From Octopus sinensis (lineage: Eukaryota), in assembly GCF_006345805.1 (NCBI RefSeq), contig NC_043005.1, positions 70,122,001 to 70,186,000 on the forward strand: a stretch of 64,000 nucleotides of DNA, given 5' to 3'. How positions within the stretch are numbered: the stretch's first letter is position 1; the number at the start of each line of letters is the position of its first letter. The position numbers were made by a program, and so were the translations under genes. Positions 36,332-49,790 of this stretch are shown here, in pieces. The notes under the pieces are model-generated. The model searched no databases and was not told the origin of the DNA. It was given only the letters and a program-made list of their open reading frames with translations.

Positions 36332-37612
36332 CGAGGGACGTTCAATAAGTAATGCCTCTGACCCACTTGCAGTTGTTTGATCTAGCTAAATAGCTAAAAT
36401 TTTGCACGTGCAATCATTTATATCACTATAGAGTAAGTGGCAAATTACAGCTCTGAATTCATTGCGGTTTGAACCGAGTCAAGTGTGAAATGGAGCCTGT
36501 TGAGTGCCGAGCAGTGATCCGGTTTTTGTATTTGAAAGGACGCACACCACGGGAGACTTTTGATGAAATGAAAGTAACTTATGGTGATGATGCCCCATCA
36601 TATGACCTTGTAAAACGCTGGCATCGTAAATTCAAACATGGTCGGAACTCTGTGGAAACAGCTCCCAGATCTGGTCGCCCCCTTCTGCCATTGATGAGGC
36701 ATCTGTCCGTCAAGTGAGGCTGCCATTTTGGAAGATCGACGCATAATTATTCGCCAAATAGCCCATGAGGTCAAGATTAGTACCGGGTCTGTGGAAACTA
36801 TCATTCATGACCATTTGCATATGCAAAAGGTGTCTGCCAGATGGATTCCCAGGTTGCTCACGCCTTTCCAGAAGCAAGAACGCGTCGAGTGCTCGAGGGT
36901 GAATTTGGAGATGTGCCAAGAAGATGAGTCAAAATTTTTCAAAAGACTGATTACACAGGATGAAACCTGGGTCCATCACGATGATCCAGAGACCAAAGCC
37001 CAGTCAATGCAGTGGAAGCACCGTGACTCACCCCCTCCAAAGAAGGCAAGGGTGCAGCCCTCCGCTGGCAAGGTCATGCTCACTGTCTTCTGGGACCAGG
37101 ACAGAGTAGTGATGACAGATTTCCTGGCAAAGGGTAGCACAATTGCAGGACCCTATTATGCTTCACTTTTGAGGAAATTAAGAGAAGTTATCAAAATCAA
37201 GAGGCGGGGCAAGATCAGCAAAGGCATCATCTTCCTGCAGGACAACGCCCCGGTCCACAACTCGCTTGTCGCCAGATCAGAAGCACAGGCGTATGGCTAT
37301 GAACTCCTCCCCATCCCCCCTACTTTCCTGACCTTGCACCCTCTGATTTTCACCTCTTCCCAATCATGAAGTTGTTTTTGAAAGGAAAGCGTTACCCAGA
37401 TGATGCAGCCTTGATTTCTGAAGTCACGTTGAGGTTGGAGGACCAAGCTGGGTTCTTCTACAAAAACGGTCTCCAGAGCCGCATCAAACGATGGGAGAAA
37501 TGCGTAACTCTGGGTGGTTCCTATGTAGAGAAAGACTAATAACTGTGCCAAGGGTCGTTGCTCTACTGCTATGGGAAGTGGGTCAGGGGCATTACTTATT
37601 GAACGCCCCTCG
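36332..37612 (+). mobile_element. Full-length mariner (DD34D) transposon, 1281 bp
   Basis: 37-bp TIRs cgagggacgttcaataagtaatgcctctgacccactt and aagtgggtcaggggcattacttattgaacgcccctcg (35/37 complementary). TA on the left (36330-36331), TT on the right. Confidence 0.97.
36490..37539 (+). pseudogene. Mariner transposase, about 350 aa after correcting three -1 frameshifts
   Basis: MEPVECRAVIRF...RSGRP...SARWIPRLL...ITQDETW...FLQDNAPVH...HPPYFPDLAPSDF...RWEKC...YVEKD*. Exactly 34 residues between the 2nd and 3rd catalytic Asp; no internal stop in the corrected frame. Confidence 0.93.
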
Positions 37613-38819
37613 TTTACTTGTTATAATTGTTATTCTAATTATGTTAAATGCACGTGTATAATTTTATAGATGTCACTTAAACACCTATGCATAGAATTAT
37701 AGTTTCATAAACAACATGTATACATTATTTATAGCTTAAATGCATATTAACAGTTGTATGCAAACTATTCCCGGCTGCAAAGCCAGATCTCAAAGTACTG
37801 TTTATATAATGTTGCCAATCCTGGTATAAATCATATAAATATTACTTTTAGATTAGAATTTCAGATTTCTTTGATGTATTTTCTCATTCAATAAATCTAT
37901 AGAAGAGAACCAAGTGAAAGTGAATATATTTGTTTACTAATAGAAATCCCATTCGAAATGAAATAGATATGATGTTTTCTTTTTTCTTTTTACTTCTGGA
38001 TGTATATTCAGATTAATCTTGTTACACTCAAATTGCTGAATTTCCCTTATGTACAACCAAATCCAAAAAGGCTACTGATATTTTTAAGGAAGTCTAATGA
38101 AATATGAATAAATGCAGCAGGTTATAGTAGCAGATTACTTCCTTTATGAGAAGGGAATTCAGTATGTGATTTTGGTAGAACAGAATCTCAATGACTGAAT
38201 GCGTTAAAAGAGAAGCTTTATAATGAAATATTTGATTAGTTTTGAGAAGTGGTTATCACCAAGCTACTATATATTATTGGACAAGCATTTTTGCTAAGTT
38301 TAACAGTTACATTAAAGAAATATAAAAAATAACACATTGTTTATCTTTCCAGTTACTCTCAGCCTCTATCGGGAAACCAAATGCTTCAATAAAATAATAT
38401 AAGAACAAAATCAAAAGAAGCTTTCAAGGATTTACATCAAACAGTATGCGACTTTTATTTCCTAGAGTAAATAATAAAAGACTGGGCCAATTGAAAAATC
38501 AGTTTTCTTTATGACTGTTGTGTTTCCAATATGCATCTGCAAAGCAATGCCCTCTGGAACAGCTTGCACGAATTCGTTTATGCAGAACTGTTCGCGTTTG
38601 TGTGCATGTAACAGGTTTTAATAACTGAATGTAATGAGTGCCAACACGATATTTATAGGCTAACATCAATAAACATCTCTTTAATAACGACATTATTTCA
38701 AGATTACCTACGGCTATATTCTAGGTACGCAGTAAACATAAACACTGACTTTTAGCTCATAGTTTCCAGCTTTGAGCATAAATATTAATGATAGATGAGC
38801 AAAAAAACTAGCGAACTGT

Positions 38820-39330
38820 AAACATTTTTGTTATCAATATTGAAGTCCTTTAGTATAATTTTGCTTGCAACTATAAATCTTGTTAAATCAGATCTGGGTG
38901 TAATTATTTTAGAAATAATATGGAACACTGACAACAATATCACAAGGGATGCATCCTTTATACAATGTACTATTAACAAGGATATTCTAGATAAACGCAA
39001 GGGCAGGTTTATCCAAATCAGTTTCGTAAACTTATACCTATTTATATCCAAAGATTTTCCTAATAATTTACACGATATACTAGAACTATATAATTCTGAC
39101 TTAGAGATGATTTTTCTATGCTAATACGATCCTGCTTTTAATAAATGAGTAACATAGCCTAGGAATTCTTATCCAACGGCTAAATACTATATGAGAACTT
39201 GGCATTCGTCAGAATAGACATTTGCTATTTCGTTGGAGTATTCAAACTTAGACGGTTTCAGAATATCGTGTCCTATTTACTTTCAAGGTTATAGGTACGA
39301 TGCCCTAAACAATTCCAATTATGCTAATTA
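38820..39330 (+). pseudogene. Possible decayed CR1/L2-like ORF2 C-terminal remnant
   Basis: LVKSDLGVIILEIIWN resembles the post-RT V..E.DLGV.I...L.W motif; the downstream FTFKVI-like segment only weakly resembles FS.RV..WN.LP. Confidence 0.3.
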
Positions 39331-40727
39331 TCAAGGTTAACTAGGATTAGAAAATACATTTCAGAGATGTCATTTACGAATTGGTTGTTTTAAACATTTT
39401 AGGAACCACATTAAGAAGAACTTCTGTATTATTGTAGTAAACATACGAAACATTAAACCGTAAGATGGTAATAATAATCCCTTCAACTATCTTGAGATCA
39501 GTGAATAAATTCACCTTCATCTCTAGCAAATACGCCATTAAGAGCAAGCGGCACAGAAATATAATTACCTTTGTATCAATTTTCCAACTTCATCGTAAGT
39601 CAAATATAAATTGTTCGTTTATGATCTTAAATGAAATAAATGAACACTTTCCACTCGAGTATAAATATAAAATATTGTTTCAATAGGCCTTGTTAAGATA
39701 AATTTCAGCGTTAACTATATTGTAAAACCTGACAAGTAAGCACAAGCCAAATTCTAAGGTTGATATTTATGTTGGAAAAGTGCATCATGCGTTTTGAATT
39801 AGTCATGTGAAATCGATATATCTATAGATGTAAAGCTGAATGCCAACAAAGCAATAGACGCTTTAACCGAAGAACCCATGAAGCGGAGATATCAGAACTG
39901 CAAGGCTTACTTTATGGATATTGTTAAAACGGAATGTTTCCCAAGTCGCTAGTTCATTGTTGCACTTAACACAACATCGGCAGGAAGATCAGCTAAACAT
40001 TGCAACCATGCATAAACACTAACAAGAGATGCAAGCTCCATATTGCTGGAAAAATATAATTCTAAGGAACATACCAAAGCCAGATATATACAATATTCAT
40101 AACTGGAGGGATGAATACACGAAAAAATTTCTAATTCACACCCCATAAGAGCAATTTTACTATAAGAATGCTTTTATGTATACCTTCTAAATTGTAGCCT
40201 CGGAACCAAATTTCAAAATTTCTTATTTTCCCCCTTAACGTTTCCAGAAATTTCGCATGTTTTGTCCAATATTCTCCCCGTATTTCTGTCTGTGTCTCTC
40301 TCCCTCACACTCATGCATTACCGCTGTGTATGTATGTGTGTGGCAGGTGGCTTTATGCAGTTGAAACTATATATACATGTGGGAAGTGTGCAAGAGAATA
40401 GGTGTATGATGGTGTATACGTATGAGCGTATATTCATGTGTGCTACATTCTTAAATATCTCAACCGGACAGGGACAAGACATGTGATTCCTTACCTCAGT
40501 CACAAGTGTAGTCCTCTACACCCCATTTTACAGCAGAATATATGTTTTTACATATTTACTGCACTCGAATTTTTCTTTATGTTCTTTCATTCATTTCTTA
40601 TTCTTTCGTAATATTACTGTTTTCCATTTCGTATCTTCCTACTACTGGAAATCCGCTTTTCCCACACTTTCAAATAATGTTATATATACTGTTAAAGGCT
40701 GCAATCATTGTGTTACTTCTTCAAAAT

Positions 40728-40905
40728 GCATAGTGGTATTTTGTCCGTCTTTACGTTCTCTATTCAAATTCCTTTCGAGGTCGAGTTTGCATTTCATCCT
40801 TTCGAAGACGATGATATAAATACCAGTTGAGCACTGGGGTTGATGTAATCGACTAACCCTGCCGCTCAAAATTTCGGTTTTTATGCCTGTATTAGAAAGG
40901 ATTAA
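40728..40905 (+). mobile_element. SINE family B, old single-unit form (X-tail)
   Basis: ggtattttgtccgtc...ccagttgagcactggggttgatgtaatcgactaaccc...attagaaaggatta. Confidence 0.8.
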
Positions 40906-43900
40906 ATTTGGCCAGTCGTGAATGAAAATCCTCAAACCTTGCAACGAATCTAACAGAGGTTACTTTGCCTATCAGAGAGAGTTAATCTTCAAAGCATATT
41001 GTACTATTGAAAAAAAAGACTCAACAGATATGAACATCTCGGGCTAAGGAATTTTAACATTTGACACACAGTATAATCTCCTTTGTCATCGAAGAAATTT
41101 GGCATAATTATGCTATGCATGTTAGAAATATCACTCGAAAATCTTGTAGAAGAAGAAACGCAATTTTCAAGTATTTTCGCCTTTCTCGTGATAAACAAGC
41201 ATCGAAATTGGCAGTTGACAACAAAGATTTTCAGCTGCATTAGGCAATTTCTGGTGGTGCTGATTGACTGCAAACCATATCAAATACAATCTAGCCCCTG
41301 CATAATGTTTTGTTGGTTATCAATCCGGCATGCTCCATGCTGGCTCAACAACATAGTGTGTACAAAATTGATTGTGTACACAGATTGCTAAATATCGATA
41401 TCTCCTTATAAGTGTGGATAAATTTTACAAAGAGTTCACTAGCTAATCAACAAAAATGTAGATAAAGGCGACAAAAGGTATTTGAGTCTATCATAGTTTA
41501 CTCTCTTGACATCTCTTGCAACGTGTAGTCTCCGCACCGATTTGAATTCTCTGGCCTACTGACATCGTTTTGTGAGACTCATTTTGTTTGTACGAGGACC
41601 CAACAGACTAATTAAATTCAGTACTAAATAGATTATTATTATCATTTCATCGATTTATCTTTCTTATAACTTTTCGCATCATTTGCAATCTTAAATGATT
41701 TTCAACCTGAAAGTGTAGCGCTTTCACAAACTGATACTCAGTTTCGAAGGCGATAACAACTTTCTTGTTTGCTTGCTTTATTAAACGATGATTCCTTTTA
41801 GGTATTGCTGTTGATAATGAAATCTATTTTAATCGAAAATTTGAAAGCGTCATTTAGTTTCTTGCCAGGAGTTTGCTACATTCACTTATGTTCGATTTTT
41901 AAATATTTTCTTTTACATTTTGTTCCAAAATTCACATTCTGTTTCTCGTCCATGTTCTCAATTCGGTAGATTTAGCATTCTCATTCGACTGTTTAACCGT
42001 TTAAGTTTAACGTGCGCTTCATTCGTTAAAATTTCTATAATTAATTAGAGTTTCTTTTTTTTTAATTTTACCTGTAAAATGTCACTATCCATTATTTTTG
42101 CAGAATTTTGTTTCATATGGAATATATAGTTATTACAAATGACAGCATATTTTAAATATTTCTTATTTTTGGAATCTGTATTCATATACTGAATGTATGA
42201 AATATCTCATGCCTTCACTAATCGCTTTAAAGTACACTTCAAAAGGAAGGTGACCTTCCTTGCTGTACCGCTCCCAAGTGAATTTGTTCCAGAGGTGATG
42301 ATAGTTCAGGAATGTTCTTTATAAATCAGACTACACCAAACATGTATCTGTAGACTGCCTATCTGCGAAAATCTTTTTTTTACATTAACATGAGGATAAA
42401 CTTAGTTGTGTGCTTATTGTTGAAGGTCTTCTGCATGCCTATTTATTGGAACCTTTAAAGACACATATATTTGCATGGTTATTTAACATCCCAGTTTTCC
42501 ATACTTGATCGGAACTCACATGGTTTTGCAGTTATTTTAATATCAACTGCATTGTCACCCTTATAGCAAAAATACGTTAGATATCTTTTTTATTATAATA
42601 TATAACAAGGAAACATTAGGTTTTTTTAAATGCAACAATTGAAATGGAATGTAGTTGTGTCACGATGGAAAACAAAATTTATCAATAATGATCTTTAACG
42701 ATACGTTTTATAGCTTATCTCTGTTTTTCTTCTTGCTCTTTTTGGAAAATTCGTTATGTATTTGCTTTCCTTTTTCAATCAACATAAATGACGTTTTGAT
42801 GTTATTGATCATACATTAGGCCTACATTGATTTCTTGCAGAGTCAATAAAAGCGGAATCTGTAAAAATAGCGTCTTTAAATGTGAACGGTAATATTTTTT
42901 GTAGAGACTGATGCAAATTTGGTCATTATGTATTCAGCTACAAATTTAAGGATAAAGGTGTTTCTTATAAATGAATGTCTTTGTTATAAACACATGAAAT
43001 ATATACATGAATGTGTGAATGAATAAATTTCTGCAGGTATCTCTCTTTCTCTCCCTCTCTCCGAATATATGTGTGTGTGTGTCTATACACACACATTCAC
43101 ACTACATACCTTGAGAAACAATGAATGTTCTTAGAAACCAAGTTATTTTGTAGAAAATTTAATGTGTTCTAGAAGTTAACAATATATGTTGGCCGGTTTA
43201 GAAGACAGGGCATGTGTATACATCCAAAGTACAGAAACACTTTAGAAAAAAATGTAACAGCTTTAATTTTTCAAGACCTTACGTATGAAGTAATTATATT
43301 AGATTTGTTGCAACAATTTAATGAATTCGCTGGAATATTTCTCCTGTAAATCTATATACGTAATATGTTTCGACTAATAATTCCGTGCTTAATGATAACG
43401 GAGCTAAACCGATATGGGACATGGAAGATCTTAATTTTATGACAATTTAAGGCAATATCAGTAATGAATGTTTACACGTTTATGTGCGCGCACTCTCGTT
43501 TGACATTAGATACTTCAGTGCCGTTGTCCAATCCTATATTGAGATCCTCTTCTCTTAATATATATTATAAACCCCGTTTTTCTAGTTCTAAAATGCGCAT
43601 GCTTCTCTTTTCTCTTCAATAGGCGTTCATTTCCCTTAACACTACAATATACATTTCCTTTTCCCAGGCGAGACAGCGTACCCCCATTCCCTCAGTCAGA
43701 AAAGATCTTAAACATTCTGCAAGCAATTTCCATTGAGTTCTCTCTTGTCCCAGTCCTACGTTGCGTGTCTCGTTTCCTTAAACCTACAATTTGTTCTGTC
43801 TTCTCAAAGCCTCTACATGTATTTCCCGTTCTCCGAGCATTAATATTATCCTCCCTGCAATAAAAATGTCCTCCTTACACAGATTAGCATAGCATTGAGA

Positions 43901-45655
43901 TGCATTCGAAAAGTATTTGCCTCCAAATTCTAGCCACTATGTTGCCATCAAGAGTAACTGGTGCAACGCGAACATTCTTATACATTTATTAAATTCATTG
44001 TTTATTTCACTGATTCGGGTAGACGAATTTCTCAGTCAGTTCTCTGCAGGATTACGTTCAGTGAATTCTGCTGAACTTGTTTATATAGCTTTATATGTAT
44101 TATAACAGGCGATCAAAACTAGACACATTTACCTATCATATTATTTCAATAAGAATTTCGACGTTTATTTCATGTATTTAACCCTATTTTTACTTTGTAA
44201 CTATTGTTACTCACTCTTTTGGTGTTCTCTTTTCTTCTTCTCACTCTTGGTGCGCACAGAAAGAGGTGCCACAAGTATAGTGGTACAGTACTTGGTCAAA
44301 CACTGTTTGTTGTGAAGCTTTTGTAAGACAAGTTTTTATATTATCATCCACTGCAGAGTACTTAAATACGTAAATCGTACCTGTAAATCCATCGTTACCA
44401 AATAATATGTACCTGACATTTTAGTGTGTCGTTTATAGAAAGGGGAGTTCATTTAAACGCCTACAACAAGTGGTGTAACTTGTTATAAAACTCTAACCAC
44501 AAATATCTTAGACAAGCCCTAAATACTCCTTGTTCATACAATGGATCGGATCTATATACCATAAAATGTTCATAAAGCAAAAACATCATGTATCATATCT
44601 AACCACAAACTCATAAAATGTCTATGTAAGGCGCATAAAGAATGAAATGACACGTCGTTATCATGTAACTACAACGTAGCAAATCACATCACTTCTGTCA
44701 AACAACTTTTGTGTTACGCAACTTTTAAATTAAGCCATAATCGTTCAAAATAAAAAAATGAGAGAAATGTGATACATTCTCGTGAGTTGTTCATGCATCT
44801 ATAACAAGGAGACCTCATACGATATTAGTTCATGGAATTGAAATTTCATAAAGACTTCTTCAATCAATTTTTAGAGTAACAATAGATTTAATAATAGCAA
44901 AATATAAAATAAAAAGTATGAATTCGAAAAATAAGTATGATAATTCCTACGTTGGAGATTTCATTCATTATAATACCTATCCTCCGATTCTTTTCAAAAT
45001 GCACGAGCAACACAAAATTATTATCGTGCATTTATTCGGAAGACGACGCAGGATGTGCTTTAAAAAGTTAATGCTCTGATGGCTATAAATATAAAAATCA
45101 TTTATATATAACATTAAACGAGAACATAGATGTGTGTTTTGCATTTCACATGTTTTTAAAAAAAAAATCTGTTCATTATTTACACACTCATACCCAAACA
45201 TATATATTTACATATCTGAGAGTGTGTTTAAATTAAATGGTCCATTCTAACAATGAACAACGAAGAGAGAAATTATTGCTCATAGATAATAATGTTTATT
45301 TGTTTAATCCTGGATTTCTTATGGTAACTGGAGCTTATCAAGCCATTGCAAACTTCAAGCAACAACGGATTCATTTTTCTGATAGAGCTAATTTAATATA
45401 AATGGCAGTGTGCTTACTTCTTATGCATAAGGCTATTCTTCTCCTTGAATGTGTTTCCAATGCTGATTCAACATCATCTTTTTCTCTCAATAACGACGGA
45501 AGCAGGCATTTGAATGCGGTTATCACTTTATTTATGGAATTCAGTGTTCTTTGTCAGGACGACATTCTTGGGAGCTGGTCTTTTATTTCTTACTTCATTT
45601 CCTTTCTTAATTCATTGCTTAAAAATGTTTTTAAGTAACAATATTTGTTATTGTT

Positions 45656-46010
45656 GAAGGTAGCTAACTGAAAAAGTCGTTAGCCCGACGGCAAAATGCT
45701 TGGTGGCATATCGTCCGTCGTCACGTTCTGAGTTCAAATTATGTGGGAGTCGGCTTTGCTTTTCATCATTTCGAGATCGATAAAATAAGTGCTAGTTAAT
45801 CGCCTGGGGCGATATCATCGACTGAGCCCCTCCCCAAAATTGCTGGACTCGTGCCAAAATATGAAACCAATATTTGCATTGTTAAGACAGCGAGATGCAA
45901 CACAGTTAACATGCCGGACAAAATGCCTTGATGCATCCCGTCCGCCATTACGTTTTCAGTTCATATTCCACTGAGGTCGACTTTATCTTTCATCCTTTTG
46001 GGGCAGATAA
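45656..46010 (+). mobile_element. Two adjacent old SINE family B copies (H-X-tail, then H-X)
   Basis: Heads at about 45657 and 45886, with the tail ccccaaaattgctggactcgtgccaaaatatgaaacc between them. Confidence 0.75.
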
Positions 46011-46274
46011 AAGTAAAATATTAGATGCATACAAAACTGCTTCAGTGAACATCGACGGAATAATTACAAATCACCTCAGACATTAAGCTCTAAAATACAA
46101 CCGTATAAATTTGCACATGCTCCATTGTACGCTTATGTATACACCTACCCTGTTCTTAAAATGAAAATTTCCTCAGTCAGCAACATTTTCAAGCAACAAT
46201 TACTTTCATGTCTGTGCAATTCAGTACCTGTAAACGTAGACCTGAACGCGTAGACTTGTGTATACACATACATA

Positions 46275-47476
46275 CAGGGTGCGTAAGGCATTTGAGGTAT
46301 ATATTTACACAAAAATGAATTTTAGAAACAGACAATAATGAAAAAGGTTTTGAGGATTAGAATAAATATTATTACGTAATTTTATTCATTAAAGTCTCCT
46401 TCAGCTTCAGTAACGGCTTATGTTCGAAGTGTGAATCGCCTATATGCTAGGAACAAGTGGTCTGTGTACATATTGGGCATTACTCTGACTCTGGAGATTT
46501 TTAGGCATTCTTTGGTGTTATGAGAGTGCTCATTAACCTCTTTCTGAACTACGCTCCATGCATAGTAGTCGAATTTTGAGATCTTGGGAGTAAGGAGGCG
46601 AAATGGTGTGGGTTATGTGGTCATGAAAATTTTCTGTCATCCATTTCTGCGTTGCTGTAGCCTTGTGTGATGGTGTCGTGTCTTGTTGAAACACATAAAT
46701 CTTCTGTTGCGTACATTATCGATCCATGGCTTAACCACAATATTCAGAACATCTATGTACGCAGCAGAGTTTACTAAAAGACCTTGTGGAAAGAAGTGAG
46801 AAGGCATCACGTGTCCTTCATTGCCGACAACCCACAAAACCATGAGAGTTGCAGGAAATTTTGTATGCATTACACTTGTAACTTGCTATGTGTCATTTCT
46901 TCTGTTTACTTTCAGATCTTAATCGAAGTTTTTTCTAATCTCAGAATAACCAAATGACATCTTTCTCTTTAGTCATTTAGGTCTGATTAAGCGATTTCCG
47001 TTCACTGTTTCTGACATGAAATTACTTTTTCTTATCGCATAAGATTTGCTTCTGATGACTTTGTGGACAACATTTTGGATTGTTCCTTCTGACACATGAT
47101 ATACTTTTGCAATCAGCTTCACGGATCTTCTGGGACTGTCATCAGAGTAATTTACTTGTTGAGTCAATTGTGGTGCTCCAATAGTATCAGTGCGTCTACA
47201 ATGTTTCTTACGTTTTGATACTGGAAATACATTCCCACCTTTAGCCTCCAACTCCTTGCAAAGTTTGTAGACGAAGGATATAGCGACTTTTAAAAGTCAT
47301 GCTATTTGTAAATTGCTATGTTCCGCCTGTATAGCCACGATGACTGCGTGCCTCTTAATTTCTTGTGTAATCATAGGGTCTGGCATAAATAATTCTGAAA
47401 TTTAGAAAATATTATATTGATAAATATGCTACCATAATAAAATTAACATTTGTCCTCAAATACATTACGCACCATG
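46275..47476 (-). mobile_element. Tc1/mariner-superfamily element of the maT (DD37D) type, decayed
   Basis: TIRs cagggtgcgtaaggcatttgagg and cctcaaatacattacgcaccatg (20/23), TA on the left. Minus-strand peptides: LF*D*K (cf. FSDEK), KVNRRND, KFPATLMVL..V.NEGHVMP.HFFPQGL.VN...YI.VL..VVKPWI, YVFQQDTTPSH...PPYSQDL..DYY with about 37-residue spacing. Confidence 0.88.
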
Positions 47477-47499
47477 TCTATATACATAAATACACACAA

Positions 47500-47511
47500 A
47501 CATATATGCAT

Positions 47512-47547
<36 letters not shown>

Positions 47548-47625
47548 TTATACATATATGTGTGTGTGTGGGCGTGTGTGTATGTGTATATTCATATTAT
47601 ATATATATATGTTTGTATGCACGAA
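47500..47625. repeat. (CA)/(TA)/(TG) microsatellite
   Basis: Directly visible. Confidence 0.9.
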
Positions 47626-47712
47626 TGTGTATAAGTTTGCCAGTGTGGGTACTTACATATACTTATATTCTGCAGGCGTTTTATGCATAGTCGTTTAGGC
47701 ATATATATATAT

Positions 47713-48048
47713 GAAGGCGCATGGCTCAGTGGTTAGAGCGTCAAGCTTACGATCGTGAGGTTGTGAGCTCGAATCTCGGACCGGGCTGCGTGTTGTGTTC
47801 TTGAGCAAGACACTTTATTTCACGTTGCTCCAGTTAATTCAGCTGTAGAAATGAGTTGCGACGTCACGGGTGCTAAGCTGTATCGGCTGCCGCCTTTCCC
47901 TTGGATGACATTGCTGGCGTGGAGAGGGGAGATCGGTATGCATGGGCGACTGCAGATCTTCCATAAACCACCTTGCCCAGACTTGTGACTAGAGGGGTAA
48001 CTTTCTAGTTGCAATCCCTTGGTCAGTTTCGTGACTGAAGGGGGTCCC
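47713..48048 (+). mobile_element. SINE with family C head and a different body and tail
   Basis: gaaggcgcatggctcagtggttagagcg...gctcgaatc...cttgagcaagacactttatttcacgttgctccag...agaaatgagt is shared with the 6118 copy; the sequence downstream is unrelated. Confidence 0.8.
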
Positions 48049-48620
48049 GATTTATATGGGCTGATTGTTATTCTGACAAAGTATTGAATTGGCAATTGCG
48101 GTTAAAATTGGAATAGAAGAGACGCTCGAAAGTCAGTTATTTGTAAAAAAATTATATTTAGGAAATATTATAACGAGCTAAGAACAATGTGTCCTAGATA
48201 TGCGAGTTGCCGCCTGACGCAAAATAATGACAACGAATAAATTTCGGTATACAAAACCTCACTGCAAATAACGGAGCGAGTGTACAGAGGCGAAGTATTT
48301 TAATATAACCGAACTAACCAGTCGTATCTCACAAGTTTGTTGGCCAGTATTTGCTTTCATATTTCCTGTGAAATTTTCTGTTATTTATCGTGTTTCAGTA
48401 GTTTTCTACACATTTATGTGTTGTTATAAATCATTAACTTTTGCTCACCTAATTTGGGTAACATTCTTTAGTTCTTCCATCGGCTTCCATTACTTCACTA
48501 CACCATTTTGTGCGTATTTGCAACTTCATTATTCAATGTGCATTATTTACTTACATCTCTTCGATCACGTAGATTATATAACTGGTATTAAACTAAATGC
48601 TTAACAATATCTAAAATCTG

Positions 48621-48748
48621 GAAGCAGCGAGCTGGCAGAAACGTTAGCACGCCCGGCGCTATACTAAGCGGTATTTTGTTTGTCTTTATGTTCTGAGTTC
48701 AAATTCTGCCGAGGTCGACTTTGCATTTCATCCTTCCGGGATCGTTAA
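48621..48748 (+). mobile_element. SINE family B fragment (H-X)
   Basis: gcagcgagctggcagaaacgttagcacg...ctgagttcaaattctgccgaggtcgac. Confidence 0.85.
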
Positions 48749-49068
48749 ATTGAATTAAATAGCCCGCCATTTTCATAGATATATAAAAATAAACATTCGT
48801 ACATGCTACGACGAATTCTACGGATGGTTGTCGGGTTTGTAATGTTATGTTTTTCTTATATGTCTCGAGTTCGTTGCACTGATGAGCATAGAATGCATAT
48901 TCTGCATTAATTGTGAAATCACAGAAGATATGTAACTAAATTCCTTTTTTTAAATGATTTGCTTTGAAGTTTTGCATTCGGTACAACTTGTTTATTTTAG
49001 TAGTCTTGAAAGCAAGGGTCCCTCTAATAGCGTGCGGTATCTATGAATATAGGTACCCTCTATATAAT

Positions 49069-49131
<63 letters not shown>

Positions 49132-49164
49132 AGCGCACATACACATATACATACGTAAAAGTAC

Positions 49165-49457
49165 CTGTATTCATGTGGATTTTGCAGACAGAAGTTGAAA
49201 GAAGCCCGTTGTATATATATGTGTGTGTGTATGTATTTCAATGTCTGTGTTTATCCCTTCATCATCTCTTGGCAACTGATGTTGGTGTCCTTACGTTCCT
49301 TCCCTGTAAATTACCGCTTCGGCAAAAGTGACTGATAGAATATGTACTAGGCTTACAAAGAATAAGTCCTGGTGCCGATTTTTTGGAATAAAAACAACTT
49401 AAGGGTGGTGCTCCAGCATGATCACTGTCAAATAAATGAAACAAGTAAAAGAATAAA

Positions 49458-49459
<2 letters not shown>
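49165..49459 (+). mobile_element. SINE family A, 5'-truncated, flanked by (TA)n tracts
   Basis: gtggattttgcagacagaagttgaaagaagcccg...tactaggcttacaaagaataagtcctgg...ggtggtgctccagcatg...gaaacaagtaaaagaataaaa. Confidence 0.85.
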
Positions 49460-49546
<87 letters not shown>

Positions 49547-49629
49547 CATGTATATATATAAACTTGCATGCATGAATATATAAACTAATATGTATTCATA
49601 ATTTCTCCTAAGCTATCAATATACATATA

Positions 49630-49681
<52 letters not shown>

Positions 49682-49790
49682 ATATATATATGACTGAAAG
49701 CAGTCAAAGTCTAAAAGAATACATGCACATGAATGTGTAAGTGTGTGTATGTGTGTGTATGTGTAAGTGTGCGTGTGCGCGTGTAAAAAA
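49460..49790. repeat. (TA)n/(TG)n microsatellite block
   Basis: Directly visible. Confidence 0.95.

Noticed and set aside
43528-43602. CCAAT, TATAAA and TGCGCATGC cluster as a promoter
   Set aside because: Short motifs are common in AT-rich DNA and there is no supporting downstream gene.
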